Assembly (NCBI GenBank): GCA_965214605.1
Contig: OZ243961.1
Coordinates: forward strand, 736,001-800,000
Reading direction: 5' to 3'
Length of the DNA: 64,000 nucleotides
Source: an uncultured Candidatus Binatia bacterium
Lineage (GTDB): Bacteria > Desulfobacterota > Binatia > Bin18
Shown here: positions 20,090-30,000 of the stretch, piece after piece
Layout of the letters: each line of letters opens with the position of its first letter
Numbering within the stretch: the stretch's first letter is position 1
Notes under the pieces: model-generated
What the model saw: only the letters and a program-made list of their open reading frames with translations
Database searches by the model: none
What the model was told of the DNA's origin: nothing
Made by a program: the position numbers and the translations under genes

Positions 20090-21109
20090 ATGCCCCTGCC
20101 TGCCAGCAGCAGCTTCCAACTGACCCCAGACATGTCCATCTGTCGTATCCTCAACGGGATGTGGCAGGTATCTGGGGCGCACGGCAGTATCGACCCCAAG
20201 GCTGCTCTTGAGAGTATGCTTGACCATCATGCGACGGGCTTTCACACCTGGGATCTGGCCGACCATTACGGACCAGCCGAAGATTTTATGGGCGAGTTTC
20301 GGCGTCAGCTTATTGCCAAGCAGGGTGAGGCAGCGTGGTCACACGTCCAGGCCTTTACCAAATGGGTGCCTCGGCCCGGCCGCATGACACGCCAGATTGT
20401 CGAAAACAATATCGCTCGCTCGCTCCGTCGCATGGACGTCGACAGGCTGGATCTCCTGCAGTTTCACTGGTGGGAGTATGCCGATGAGCGTTATCTGGAC
20501 GCGCTCGAGCAGCTGGTCGACCTGCGTGACGAGGGAAAAATTCGCCATCTGGCTCTGACCAATTTTGATACGGCCCATCTCAAAACAATTACCGACGCCG
20601 GTATCCGGGTGGTCTCTAACCAGGTTCAGTTCTCGCTGATCGATCAACGTCCAGAAATTAAGATGACGCCGTTCTGCCAAGAAAACAACATCAGCCTCCT
20701 TACCTATGGTACGGTCTGCGGCGGCTTATTGTCCGAGAAATACCTTGATCACCCCGAGCCAAGCCGCAGACTTCTCAACACGGCGAGTTTACAGAAGTAT
20801 AAGAACATAATTGACGCCTGGGGTGGCTGGCGCCTGTTTCAGGAACTCCTCGCAGTACTCAAACCGATTGCTGAGAAACACGGGGCGAGCATTGCCAATG
20901 TCGCTACGCGCTATATTCTCGACCGCCCAGCCGTTGCCGGCGTCATTGTAGGGATCCGGCTGGGGGTATCAGACCATCGTCAGGATAACGCCCGGGTGTT
21001 TGATCTCAGTCTGGATGAGGCGGATACCAGCCGGATTCAAGCCGTCCTGGCAAAGTCACGTGATCTATACCACCTGATCGGAGACTGTGGGGATGAGTAC
21101 CGGCACTAA
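20090..21109 (+). CDS. Aldo/keto reductase
   Basis: GMWQ, DLADHYG, LDLLQFHWW, NQVQFS and GDCGDEYR motifs. Confidence 0.92.
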   Translation: MPLPASSSFQLTPDMSICRILNGMWQVSGAHGSIDPKAALESMLDHHATGFHTWDLADHYGPAEDFMGEFRRQLIAKQGEAAWSHVQAFTKWVPRPGRMTRQIVENNIARSLRRMDVDRLDLLQFHWWEYADERYLDALEQLVDLRDEGKIRHLALTNFDTAHLKTITDAGIRVVSNQVQFSLIDQRPEIKMTPFCQENNISLLTYGTVCGGLLSEKYLDHPEPSRRLLNTASLQKYKNIIDAWGGWRLFQELLAVLKPIAEKHGASIANVATRYILDRPAVAGVIVGIRLGVSDHRQDNARVFDLSLDEADTSRIQAVLAKSRDLYHLIGDCGDEYRH

Positions 21110-21200
21110 GAGCGGCGGCGGTCTAATCTCAGAGTCTGGGTTCAGCGAACACCTCTAATGCCCGCCAAGCCCCCATTATCTTCTGTTTCTCCTTGAGACC

Positions 21201-24200
21201 TCACCATGTAAGGCGTGGCTTGTCGAGACGCTGCAGTACATCGAGTTTGGTAATGGGGTGTTGTCGAAGGCGTTTCAAAATCCAGGCGTGCTCATAGAGC
21301 TGAACTCCGTGGACTTTTGCGGCCCCTGCTCCCGGTTTGCCAATCTTCCTCGCATTGGTAAAGACGGCAAGTGTGGCAAAATCCTTGGCGAGATGATTGG
21401 CGTAGAATTTCCGAGACGCGTAAATCTCGCGGACAGAGGAGTCGTCCTGTAAAACCTCATGCTTTGTGTATTTGCACTGGGCAAGCTGATTTCCATGGGG
21501 AGAGATCAGCACGATATCGCACCCCTTATCATTGCCCGTAGGAGTAAGATGCACCTCTCCGTCAAACTCTCGGTAAAGAAGTTCCGCCACGAGCGCTTCA
21601 AACTGCTCCCACCCAAGCAGGTCCAGCTCCTTTTCTGAGAGAGGAGGAGCCGGCTGGACTGTTGACTGTCCAAAGACGTCGGTCTGCTGAAACGATTCAT
21701 GGGTCACAATTTCCGGCGCCACTATCGCGTCTTTGAGGTCGACCTTCTTTGTCAGAAGCCGATGAAGATGCAGGTCAAAGGAATCGTGCTCGGGATGGTG
21801 CAAAACCGGAATAAAAACACTCACATCTCTGTCCTGACCGATGCGATAAACCCGGTCGGTGGCCTGCTCCTCTTTGGCGGGATTCCAGTGGCGCTCGAGA
21901 TGAATAACGTTATTGGCTCCCGTAATTGTGAGACCTACCCCGGCTGCCACCGGCGAGATGATCAGTATTCCAAAGCCGTCACACGACTCAAATTGCTCAA
22001 TCAAGCCCCGGCGCGTCAACACGGACTGTCGTTTACCAACCGCCTTCGTATCGCCGTTGAGCACCTCCACGGGTATGGCGTAAATTTTCCCGAGCACATG
22101 CCTCAGGAAGACCTGAAGCCGCCTGTTGATGACAAAAATCAGGACTTTCTCTCGGCGCTCTCTAATTTTGTCCAACACGTTTAATACAACCGACAACTTC
22201 CCGGACTTCCCAGCTTCGGTCCGACACTCTTGAATCGTGGCCGGCGATGGCAGCTCTCCTCCCCCCAGGAGATCTGGATGTAGAGACACATCGCGCAGGC
22301 GCTGCAATCCCCTCAAGAGGTGCTCTAGTCCCGTCCCCTCAGCTATTCCCTGACGGGTGGCCTCGACGACCGTATTGTAGGTAGTGAGCTGTAGACCGGA
22401 CATGGTCCGGGCCAGATGAGGGGAATATTCCTGATTTTTGGTAGTGTCTCCGACACCAACGTACACCCTTTTTTTAGGTAATCCTTCCAAGTAGCCTTCT
22501 TTAGTCCGTCTGAGCATGAGCGCCCCAACGCGTGTCCGGAGCTGTTGACCAACCTCTTGTCGGATCTGCGGCAGAGCTTTACCGGCTCTCAACAACGGGC
22601 GTACGTATGTCTTCCGAAAATCCTGATAACTATCGAGCAAGCCGGGAACAGCCGTGTCGAAAATACACCAGAAATCTCTGAGTTGGTTCTCAACCGGCGT
22701 CCCCGTTACCATGAGTTTGAACTGTGCCTTTATGCCCTTGGCTGCTCGCGTCTGCATGGCGTTGGGATTTTTGATGTTTTGAGCTTCATCAAAAATGACA
22801 AATGACCAATCCACCTGGCACAGTGAGAACTGGTAGTTGGTCAGGGTGCTGTAATTGGTGATGACCAATCGCCTCGGGCTATCTAGGCGGTCGAGTCCGA
22901 ACTCTTCACCCACTTTTAGAGAGAGCAGTGCCCGTTGATTCGTCTCACCGTTCTCAAGAACAGCGTCATCCTCCCGCTCTCGGGCTTCGACGCCGCGACC
23001 TGGGAGGCGATAACGCTTAAGGTCGGCACCACCGTGCAGCGTAACCATATTGACAAAGGGCGAGGCGGCAAAGGTCTGCTCGACCTCTGCTTTCCAGTTA
23101 TCGAGAAGAGACAACGGGGCGACCACTAAAACAGGCTTTTGCACGACCCCGCGTACGGCGCACAGGCGGTAGTACTCCCCAAGGGCGACCAAAGCCGTAA
23201 AGGTCTTGCCCAGTCCCATGTCGTCGGCCAATAGACTCCCGAACAGGGATTCTTCATCAGAATGTTCAAGCGCCTGCTGTGAGAGGCCGACCAACCATCG
23301 GATCCCTCTCTGTTGATAGGGAAATGGCGACCGCTTGTAATCCTCCCACGCGAGTTCGCCCTGATAAAGATGTTTGTCAATCGTTGAGTCTATGTAGCGG
23401 GATTTTATATCAAGACGCTCGTCATTGGGGTGAACGTCGACAACGATCTTTGCCCGACTGCTCTCATCTTCTTCAGCCTCGGCCTGGCTCGGTTTTTTCG
23501 GAGAAACCTCGATGGCGCCCTGAGCCCGAAGTTCTCGTTCGAGTCCGTCGAGAGTACGCTCAACTACGTCCCGATTGGCAATCGAGATCGTCTGTTCCTT
23601 GAACGAAATCTCGTTGCCCCCGGCCTGAACGGCATCTTGCAGTCGTTCCCGAAATTCGGCAAGATCCGTCAAATCCTGGATCGCGCTGCCAAGACTCTCC
23701 ACCCCCAGAGGAGATCCAGACGTCTCAGCGCTTCCTCGATCCAACCAATCAATCCCCGATGCTTCCGTCTCACCGAAGTAGGCGTGTCTGAACTCTGCGG
23801 CGCCGCGCACTCGCGCGGAATAGCCGACATCCAGATCAACGAGGGTGACATCAAGGAACGCCGTTGGGGAGGCGAGGAATTGTTTGATATATTTCGCTGG
23901 TATGGAGCGGTTTTTAATAATTTCCTGAGTCGCCTTCAGGCGTTTCTCGTCGAGCAGGATAATTGTATCGCCAACCCGCAGGCTCTGGACCGTATCGTTA
24001 TCCGGGGCTATCTGACCTAGACGATTGGCAACCTGCTCGGCTGAAACGAGCCCCTCAAAATTCGGAGTGAGTTCAAGATCACCGTTTGCAAGCCGCTCAA
24101 GCGAAACCGACACTCGCTGCGGTTCTACCGTCTTGAGGTCGGTAAACTGACGCAAGTCGATGTCACAGCCGGCTTCAGCGGCTTTCTGGACATGCTGGAC

Positions 24201-24734
24201 GGCGAGCAGATTGCGGTATTCAGACCGCGCCCCATCCACCAGCGCCTGATGGTCGGCAACTGCCTTCAAAGCCAACCATTGGTCTGGGGATGGAAGATAG
24301 TGCTCGGTTTCGCTGAGGCGCAGAAAAGGACCTTCGAGGCGGTATGAAGCCGCCGTATCCCCGCTCGCCGTCCGCAGGCGCAGGCGGAGCCTAAAAGAGG
24401 GCTGGAAGCTGCTCCCCTGCGTCCTGAGTTCCAAGCTGCCAGGCCAGCTGTCGGGGAGTCCAAACAGCAAACGTAGGTCCGATTCCAGGTTGACCACGGT
24501 TTCGGGTTCCAACGCAAAGCCATTCGCAAACCGCTCGGCAAGTCCCTGCTCTTCGAGCACTTTAAAATGGGCATATTGCGTCAGTGATAGCTCACCACCC
24601 TTTCCGGACTCGCAATCGGCAAAGGCCTTCTGTGGCAGATAAAAGCTGACATCTTCTTTTTCTGCCCTGTACGAGAAACCCTCATCCTGGGAGTTTCTCT
24701 GCCACAGTGCCGCTATTCGTTCTCTGACGGACAT
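21201..24734 (-). CDS. zorD: Zorya ZorD: SNF2 helicase/ATPase with C-terminal Mrr-like nuclease
   Basis: LADDMGLGKT, DEAQ, TGTPVEN and HWNPAKEEQATDRVYRIGQ motifs; C-terminal FEALVAEL..DKGCD..AQCK; last gene of the zorABC operon. Confidence 0.9.
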   Translation of the reverse strand: MSVRERIAALWQRNSQDEGFSYRAEKEDVSFYLPQKAFADCESGKGGELSLTQYAHFKVLEEQGLAERFANGFALEPETVVNLESDLRLLFGLPDSWPGSLELRTQGSSFQPSFRLRLRLRTASGDTAASYRLEGPFLRLSETEHYLPSPDQWLALKAVADHQALVDGARSEYRNLLAVQHVQKAAEAGCDIDLRQFTDLKTVEPQRVSVSLERLANGDLELTPNFEGLVSAEQVANRLGQIAPDNDTVQSLRVGDTIILLDEKRLKATQEIIKNRSIPAKYIKQFLASPTAFLDVTLVDLDVGYSARVRGAAEFRHAYFGETEASGIDWLDRGSAETSGSPLGVESLGSAIQDLTDLAEFRERLQDAVQAGGNEISFKEQTISIANRDVVERTLDGLERELRAQGAIEVSPKKPSQAEAEEDESSRAKIVVDVHPNDERLDIKSRYIDSTIDKHLYQGELAWEDYKRSPFPYQQRGIRWLVGLSQQALEHSDEESLFGSLLADDMGLGKTFTALVALGEYYRLCAVRGVVQKPVLVVAPLSLLDNWKAEVEQTFAASPFVNMVTLHGGADLKRYRLPGRGVEAREREDDAVLENGETNQRALLSLKVGEEFGLDRLDSPRRLVITNYSTLTNYQFSLCQVDWSFVIFDEAQNIKNPNAMQTRAAKGIKAQFKLMVTGTPVENQLRDFWCIFDTAVPGLLDSYQDFRKTYVRPLLRAGKALPQIRQEVGQQLRTRVGALMLRRTKEGYLEGLPKKRVYVGVGDTTKNQEYSPHLARTMSGLQLTTYNTVVEATRQGIAEGTGLEHLLRGLQRLRDVSLHPDLLGGGELPSPATIQECRTEAGKSGKLSVVLNVLDKIRERREKVLIFVINRRLQVFLRHVLGKIYAIPVEVLNGDTKAVGKRQSVLTRRGLIEQFESCDGFGILIISPVAAGVGLTITGANNVIHLERHWNPAKEEQATDRVYRIGQDRDVSVFIPVLHHPEHDSFDLHLHRLLTKKVDLKDAIVAPEIVTHESFQQTDVFGQSTVQPAPPLSEKELDLLGWEQFEALVAELLYREFDGEVHLTPTGNDKGCDIVLISPHGNQLAQCKYTKHEVLQDDSSVREIYASRKFYANHLAKDFATLAVFTNARKIGKPGAGAAKVHGVQLYEHAWILKRLRQHPITKLDVLQRLDKPRLTW

Positions 24735-24785
24735 GTTCGGCTTGCTCCGGCATTATCCGCGCAGGCCCTCTGTGCAGAGCTCAGC

Positions 24786-26282
24786 TTAGACGACACCGTG
24801 TCGGCGTCTGTATTCCCGGTAGTCCTTAGAGCTCAACACGTCCGAGGGATCAATAGACGTTCCTAATTCCTGCAATGTCTTTATAGCCTTATACTGCCAC
24901 CTAGCAGGCTGATGCGTGATCTCGACAACCCCGGTGTGTCCAAATTGAGACACATAATCTTCATACAGTCCTTTTCCTAAGTCGCGGTGGGGAATATTAT
25001 CGCGTTCATAATTCTCAATAGGATTACCCCGAGGAAGTCGTCCGTATATCCGCAAGGAGAAACTGTGCGTTCCCTCAACAACATACTTTCCGTCGATGTT
25101 GAGATAGATGACCGAGAGAGAGGAGTGCCGCACTCGAGAATAAGCAGGGATATCCTTGTTCCGATAATGACGCCGGACGTAATCTTGAGCCCGCCTGCCG
25201 AGAAACAGCCGCGCGTCTTTGACTAGCCGCTTCTCAAAAACTCCTTTGAGAAAGCGCTTACGCGATGGAAACATCCGTTTCAGATCAGGATCGGAACTCT
25301 GCTCCACATGGTCTTCAAGGACTTTGAGAAACAGCTCGATATCCATTCCCGAGAGCCACTGACGGACCTGCTTGACATATTTATCGCCTAGTATGGCCCA
25401 CCAGTGTCTGTAATTGACCGCCCCCTTACTCACCCGCGGATCGCCGGCAATGGATAAGATCACCCGGAGCCAGTTCTCCGGCATATCCTGGCGGCGGGCA
25501 GCCCGATCAACCATGACTTGAACCACCTTGTGCCCCAGCAACCAGTCGCTTTCATAGGCGCTTTCATAGATGTCTTTCCGCACCAGTTCACGTAGAACCT
25601 CGTGGTCTTGGCCAACCTGGAGTTCTTTCAGAGGAGCCAAATAGTAGATGTTCTTACACTTGGTGAAGAAGCGGCCGCCGCTTTCCATAGGAAGTCCAAG
25701 ACGAGACGCAATTGTTTCCAAGGGAAGGGCGTCCTTCCGGGCCTGCTCAACAACCCATGCCGGGCCATCGATGGAAAAGAGAGTCTCGGCGTGTTGGGCA
25801 AAGAGAGCGAGCGTTTGTGAGAACTTTCTGTCGGCGTTCAGCCGAAACTGTTCTCGGAGAAATTCGGCAAATGACCAAGTATCCCCAAGCTCATCAAAAC
25901 GGGCAAAAAAGAGCTGGGTGCAGGCAAACAGCACAAGCGGCGAGTATCTTTGACGTAACGCCCTCAAATGCTTAAGTGTGGCAGGGTCGATCGGGTTGCG
26001 CTTAACGCACTCTTCACACTCCTGCCATAATTCCACCAGCGGACGGACATCTTTGGGTGTCCGCACGACGTTTTGGATGCGCCGCCTCCGGTGCAACAAG
26101 CCGTGAATATGTTTCTTACGCTTCCTAAAGGCCTCGGAGTTGGTCCCGGCCGTGTGGGCAAGCCGTTCAAGTTTGCCGGACAGGGCTTGATAGTGTACCA
26201 CGTCCGCCCTACCGGTCTGCTTGGGCAGAGTAAAGTCCAGTCTGGCGAGGCTCAATCGGGGGAGCTTAATTGTCAAAGACAT
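24786..26282 (-). CDS. zorC: Zorya ZorC (EH-signature domain)
   Basis: W...ILSIAGDPR, FLKVLE, RMFPSRKRFL and VVEGTHSF...ITH...WQ motifs; sits between zorB and zorD. Alternative start at 26306. Confidence 0.88.
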   Translation of the reverse strand: MSLTIKLPRLSLARLDFTLPKQTGRADVVHYQALSGKLERLAHTAGTNSEAFRKRKKHIHGLLHRRRRIQNVVRTPKDVRPLVELWQECEECVKRNPIDPATLKHLRALRQRYSPLVLFACTQLFFARFDELGDTWSFAEFLREQFRLNADRKFSQTLALFAQHAETLFSIDGPAWVVEQARKDALPLETIASRLGLPMESGGRFFTKCKNIYYLAPLKELQVGQDHEVLRELVRKDIYESAYESDWLLGHKVVQVMVDRAARRQDMPENWLRVILSIAGDPRVSKGAVNYRHWWAILGDKYVKQVRQWLSGMDIELFLKVLEDHVEQSSDPDLKRMFPSRKRFLKGVFEKRLVKDARLFLGRRAQDYVRRHYRNKDIPAYSRVRHSSLSVIYLNIDGKYVVEGTHSFSLRIYGRLPRGNPIENYERDNIPHRDLGKGLYEDYVSQFGHTGVVEITHQPARWQYKAIKTLQELGTSIDPSDVLSSKDYREYRRRHGVV

Positions 26283-27012
26283 CCAATATCCCTTGGTATT
26301 CTTCAATGACGGGTTGTCTCACCGTAAAGCGCAGGTCGATACGCCGATTTTTGCGCCGCTTTTCATCCGTGTCGTCAGGTTCTTGCAGGCGGCGCGTCGC
26401 AGCATAGCCGCTGACCGAGAAAAGAGGCTTCCCTTGGAAATTCAGGAGAGTGGCAAGACCGTTGGAAGCTGCGCGTTCCTCGGTCCAGAAACGCCACACC
26501 TGTATCGCCCGGTTTGCGGATAATCCCCAGTTCCCGAGTTCAAGGGTCCGAGCAGGTCTGCTGTCGGTATGGCCCTCCACAAAAATCGTATCAAGAAATT
26601 TGTGGCGGCCATCCTTGAGTCTCCGCCGTAGAGCGCTGTTAAGCGTGTTGCCAATCGTATACACCGCGTCCTGTCTATCCGGGGGAATCTGATAGCTGCG
26701 AGTCTCAAAAAAGAGGTATTCATCAGGAATCCGCAGTACGGTCTTGTTATCGCTCACCTCAACCAGTATGCCATGCTCCTCCAGCTGCTTCTTGATCTCG
26801 TCAAGGAGGTCGGCGCGGTTCTTATTCGCCTCACTCAATTCTTGAATCGCCTGCTCAACGTCAAGCCGTCTTTTCTGAAGCTGAATAATAAACACCACCG
26901 ACGCCAAAATGAAAATCACCAACAGACCGGCCATGATATCGGAAAACGAAATCCAATAAGGATTCTCTTCGTCAACGTGCCGCCTGACATCGCTGGAGAC
27001 GCGCTGAAACAT
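26266..27012 (-). CDS. zorB: Zorya ZorB (MotB/OmpA-like peptidoglycan-binding stator subunit)
   Basis: YWISFSDIMAGLL TM segment with conserved Asp; VEGHTD, NWGLSANRA and NRRIDLRF OmpA motifs. Confidence 0.92.
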   Translation of the reverse strand: MFQRVSSDVRRHVDEENPYWISFSDIMAGLLVIFILASVVFIIQLQKRRLDVEQAIQELSEANKNRADLLDEIKKQLEEHGILVEVSDNKTVLRIPDEYLFFETRSYQIPPDRQDAVYTIGNTLNSALRRRLKDGRHKFLDTIFVEGHTDSRPARTLELGNWGLSANRAIQVWRFWTEERAASNGLATLLNFQGKPLFSVSGYAATRRLQEPDDTDEKRRKNRRIDLRFTVRQPVIEEYQGILDVFDN

Positions 27013-27017
27013 AGACC

Positions 27018-30000
27018 TTATCTCCTTCTCTCAATCTTGCCGTCCATCTCTTCGACAGTGCTGGCAAGAGAGACAACTGCCGCCTGCATAGCGTTTGTAT
27101 AATTCTGGGTTTGCTTGGTCCACTCGTTCAGACGGTCTTGGGTCTGTGTCTGCACTTGGCTCGCGTAGTCCCTCAGAAGCTGAGCGACCTGCTTTTGCAA
27201 CTGGTCAACATGCTCCTCGAGAGCCGCAAACAACTGCTGCTGATGCTGAGTGAGCTGAGTCGTCTGCCGGCGCGAGGCGTCTGCCGCTTCCGCGATTCTA
27301 TCAGCCGCGCTGGAGAGCATGTCCTTAAGACCGGTAATGACGCCAATCACCTGATTGATATTGCGACCCGTCGTCTCATTCTCCCTGGCAAGCCGCCGGG
27401 TTTGCTCCAACACTTGACCTAGGGCCCGGCCGAGCTGATCAACCCCCGACTGAAGCCGTTCAGACAGAGTTCGTAGTCCGCCGGAAGCGTTGTTCAGCAA
27501 CTCGCCGCCCGTCCGTATTGCCGAGGCAGATGTTTGAAGTCCTTCTGTAACCGCTGCGATCTGCTCATACAATCTCTGACTCTGTTCAAGAACCGTTTGC
27601 GAGGCCTGAATATGGCCATCAAACGAGGCGGCCCAGGCAGTCTCTCTGGCGTCCATACGCTGGTTCAGCGCCTCTAGAGCATCCATAAAGTGCGTCATTG
27701 AGCCGCCCCACTGACTAATGGCCGTCTTCACCTCCGCCGTTGTCGCCTCCATCATCTTCCGCTGTTGTTCGCCTTGACCTCTCAGGCCGTCGCCGAATTG
27801 TCCGACTGCTGTTTCCATCGTACTTGAATACTGTTCGGCCTGCTTAGTCCATTCACGCAGATGGGTTTGGGTCTGGGTCTGCGCCTGATCCACGTAATCC
27901 GCCACAAGCTGAGCGGCCTGCTGTTGCGACTGCTCAACATAGCGCGAGAAGGCGTCCTGCGAGGCCTGAATATGGCTGTCAAACGAGGCGGCCCGGGCAG
28001 TCTCTCTGGTGTCCATACGCTGGTTCAGCGCCTCTAGAGCATCCATAAAGTGCGTCATTGAGCCGCCCCACTGACTAATGGCCGTCTTCACCTCCGCCGT
28101 TGTCGCCTCCATCATCTTCCGCTGCTGTTCGCCTTGACCTCTCAGGCCATCGCCGAATTGTCCGACCGCTGTTTCCATCGTACTTGAATACTGTTCGGCC
28201 TGCTTAGTCCACTCACGCAGATGGGTTTGGGTCTGGGTCTGCGCCTGATCCACGTAATCCGCCACAAGCTGAGCGGCCTGCTGTTGCGACTGCTCAACAT
28301 GGCGCGTGAGGGTGTCCTGCGAGGCCTGAATATGGCCATCAAACGAGGCGGCCCGGGCAGTCTCTCTGGTGTCCATACGCTGGTTCAGCGCCTCTAGAGC
28401 ATCCATAAAGTGCGTCATTGAGCCGCCCCACTGACTAATGGCCGTCTTCACCTCCGCCGTTGTCGCCTCCATCATCTTCCGCTGCTGTTCGCCTTGACCT
28501 CTCAGGCCATCGCCGAATTGTCCGACCGCTGTTTCCATCGTACTTGAATACTGTTCGGCCTGCTTAGTCCACTCACGCAGATGGGTTTGGGTCTGGGTCT
28601 GCGCCTGATCCACGTAATCCGCCACAAGCTGAGCGGCCTGCTGTTGCGACTGCTCAACATGGCGCGTGAGGGTGTCCTGCGAGGCCTGAATATGGCTGTC
28701 AAACGAGGCGGCCCAGGCAGTCTCTCTGGCGTCCATACGCTGGTTCAGCGCCTCTAGAGCATCCATAAAGTGCGTCATTGAGCCGCCCCACTGACTAATG
28801 GCCGTCTTCACCTCCGCCGTTGTCGCCTCCATCATCTTCCGCTGTTGTTCGCCTTGACCTCTCAGGCCGTCGCCGAATTGTCCGACTGCTGTTTCCATCG
28901 TACTTGAATACTGTTCGGCCTGCTTAGTCCACTCACGCAGATGGGCTTGGGTCTGGGTCTGCGCCTGATCCACGTAATCCGCCACAAGCTGAGCGGCCTG
29001 TTGTTGCAACTGCTCAACATGGCGCGTGAGGGTGTCCTGCGAGGCCTGAATATGGCTGTCAAACGAGGCGGCCCGAGCGTTCTCTCTGGTGTCCATACGC
29101 TGGTTCAGCGCCTCTAGAGCGTCCATAAAGTGCGTCATTGAACCGCCCCACTGACTAATGGCCGTCTTCACCTCCGCCGTTGTCGCCTCCATCATCTCCC
29201 GCTGCTGTTCGCCTTGACCTCTCAGGCCGTCGCTGAATTGATGGACGAGATTCTCAAGAGCCTCGGCGCCGCCACGTGCCTGACGCGACGCGAGATCGCC
29301 CGCAGCCTGAGCAAGGGATTCCAGAGCGGGCTGCATGCCCTGCTGAATACCTTCGAAAACAGCGGATTGGACGTTCTGTGTCACCTGGTTGATTGTTTCC
29401 TGCATTTTATTGCCGATGCGTTCGGAAAGGCCGTCCAGAGCAATGGCGGCTTGACGAGTTTCCTCATGAACATGGACCAGCGTTTGTTCCGGACTGAGAC
29501 GCGGAAAGAGTGCGTCTATCTTATTCTGTAAGGTCGTAATCTTGTATCTGACGCGCTGTTCGACGGCTTTTTCGATCAGGTTGAAAACAAAGCTCAGGGC
29601 TACTCCCCAGACCGAGGTCTTAAAAGCGATAGAGGCCCCATCTATCAAACGGGTGATACTGGCCACATCCTCAGGATTGACGTTGGACAAACCCAGGAAC
29701 AGACCGGTGAAAGTCCCGACAACACCAATAGCGGTCAGGAATGCGGGAACAGCAGCGAGAAGGCGATTTTCCGTGATACCTCGCCCCAAAGTGTGCGCAT
29801 TAAAGAAATGGGCGGCATCATAGGTATTCTGGATTCGCTCTTCACCTTTGGACACAACGAAGGTCTCGTCAAACTCCTCCCAGAGCTCACCCAGTCGCTT
29901 GTTGCGCTGCTGCCGGGCCTGCTGCTTCAGATCCTGACGTTTGTCCATCAGACTATCCGGTTTAAGCCCTCGGAGAAGTTTGCGGAAGAACGCTGTCGAC

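Noticed and set aside
27782-29062. Four repeated 66-aa ORFs (MTAIFRPRR...)
   Set aside because: These are alternative-frame shadows of the zorA 360-bp repeat with no independent coding evidence.
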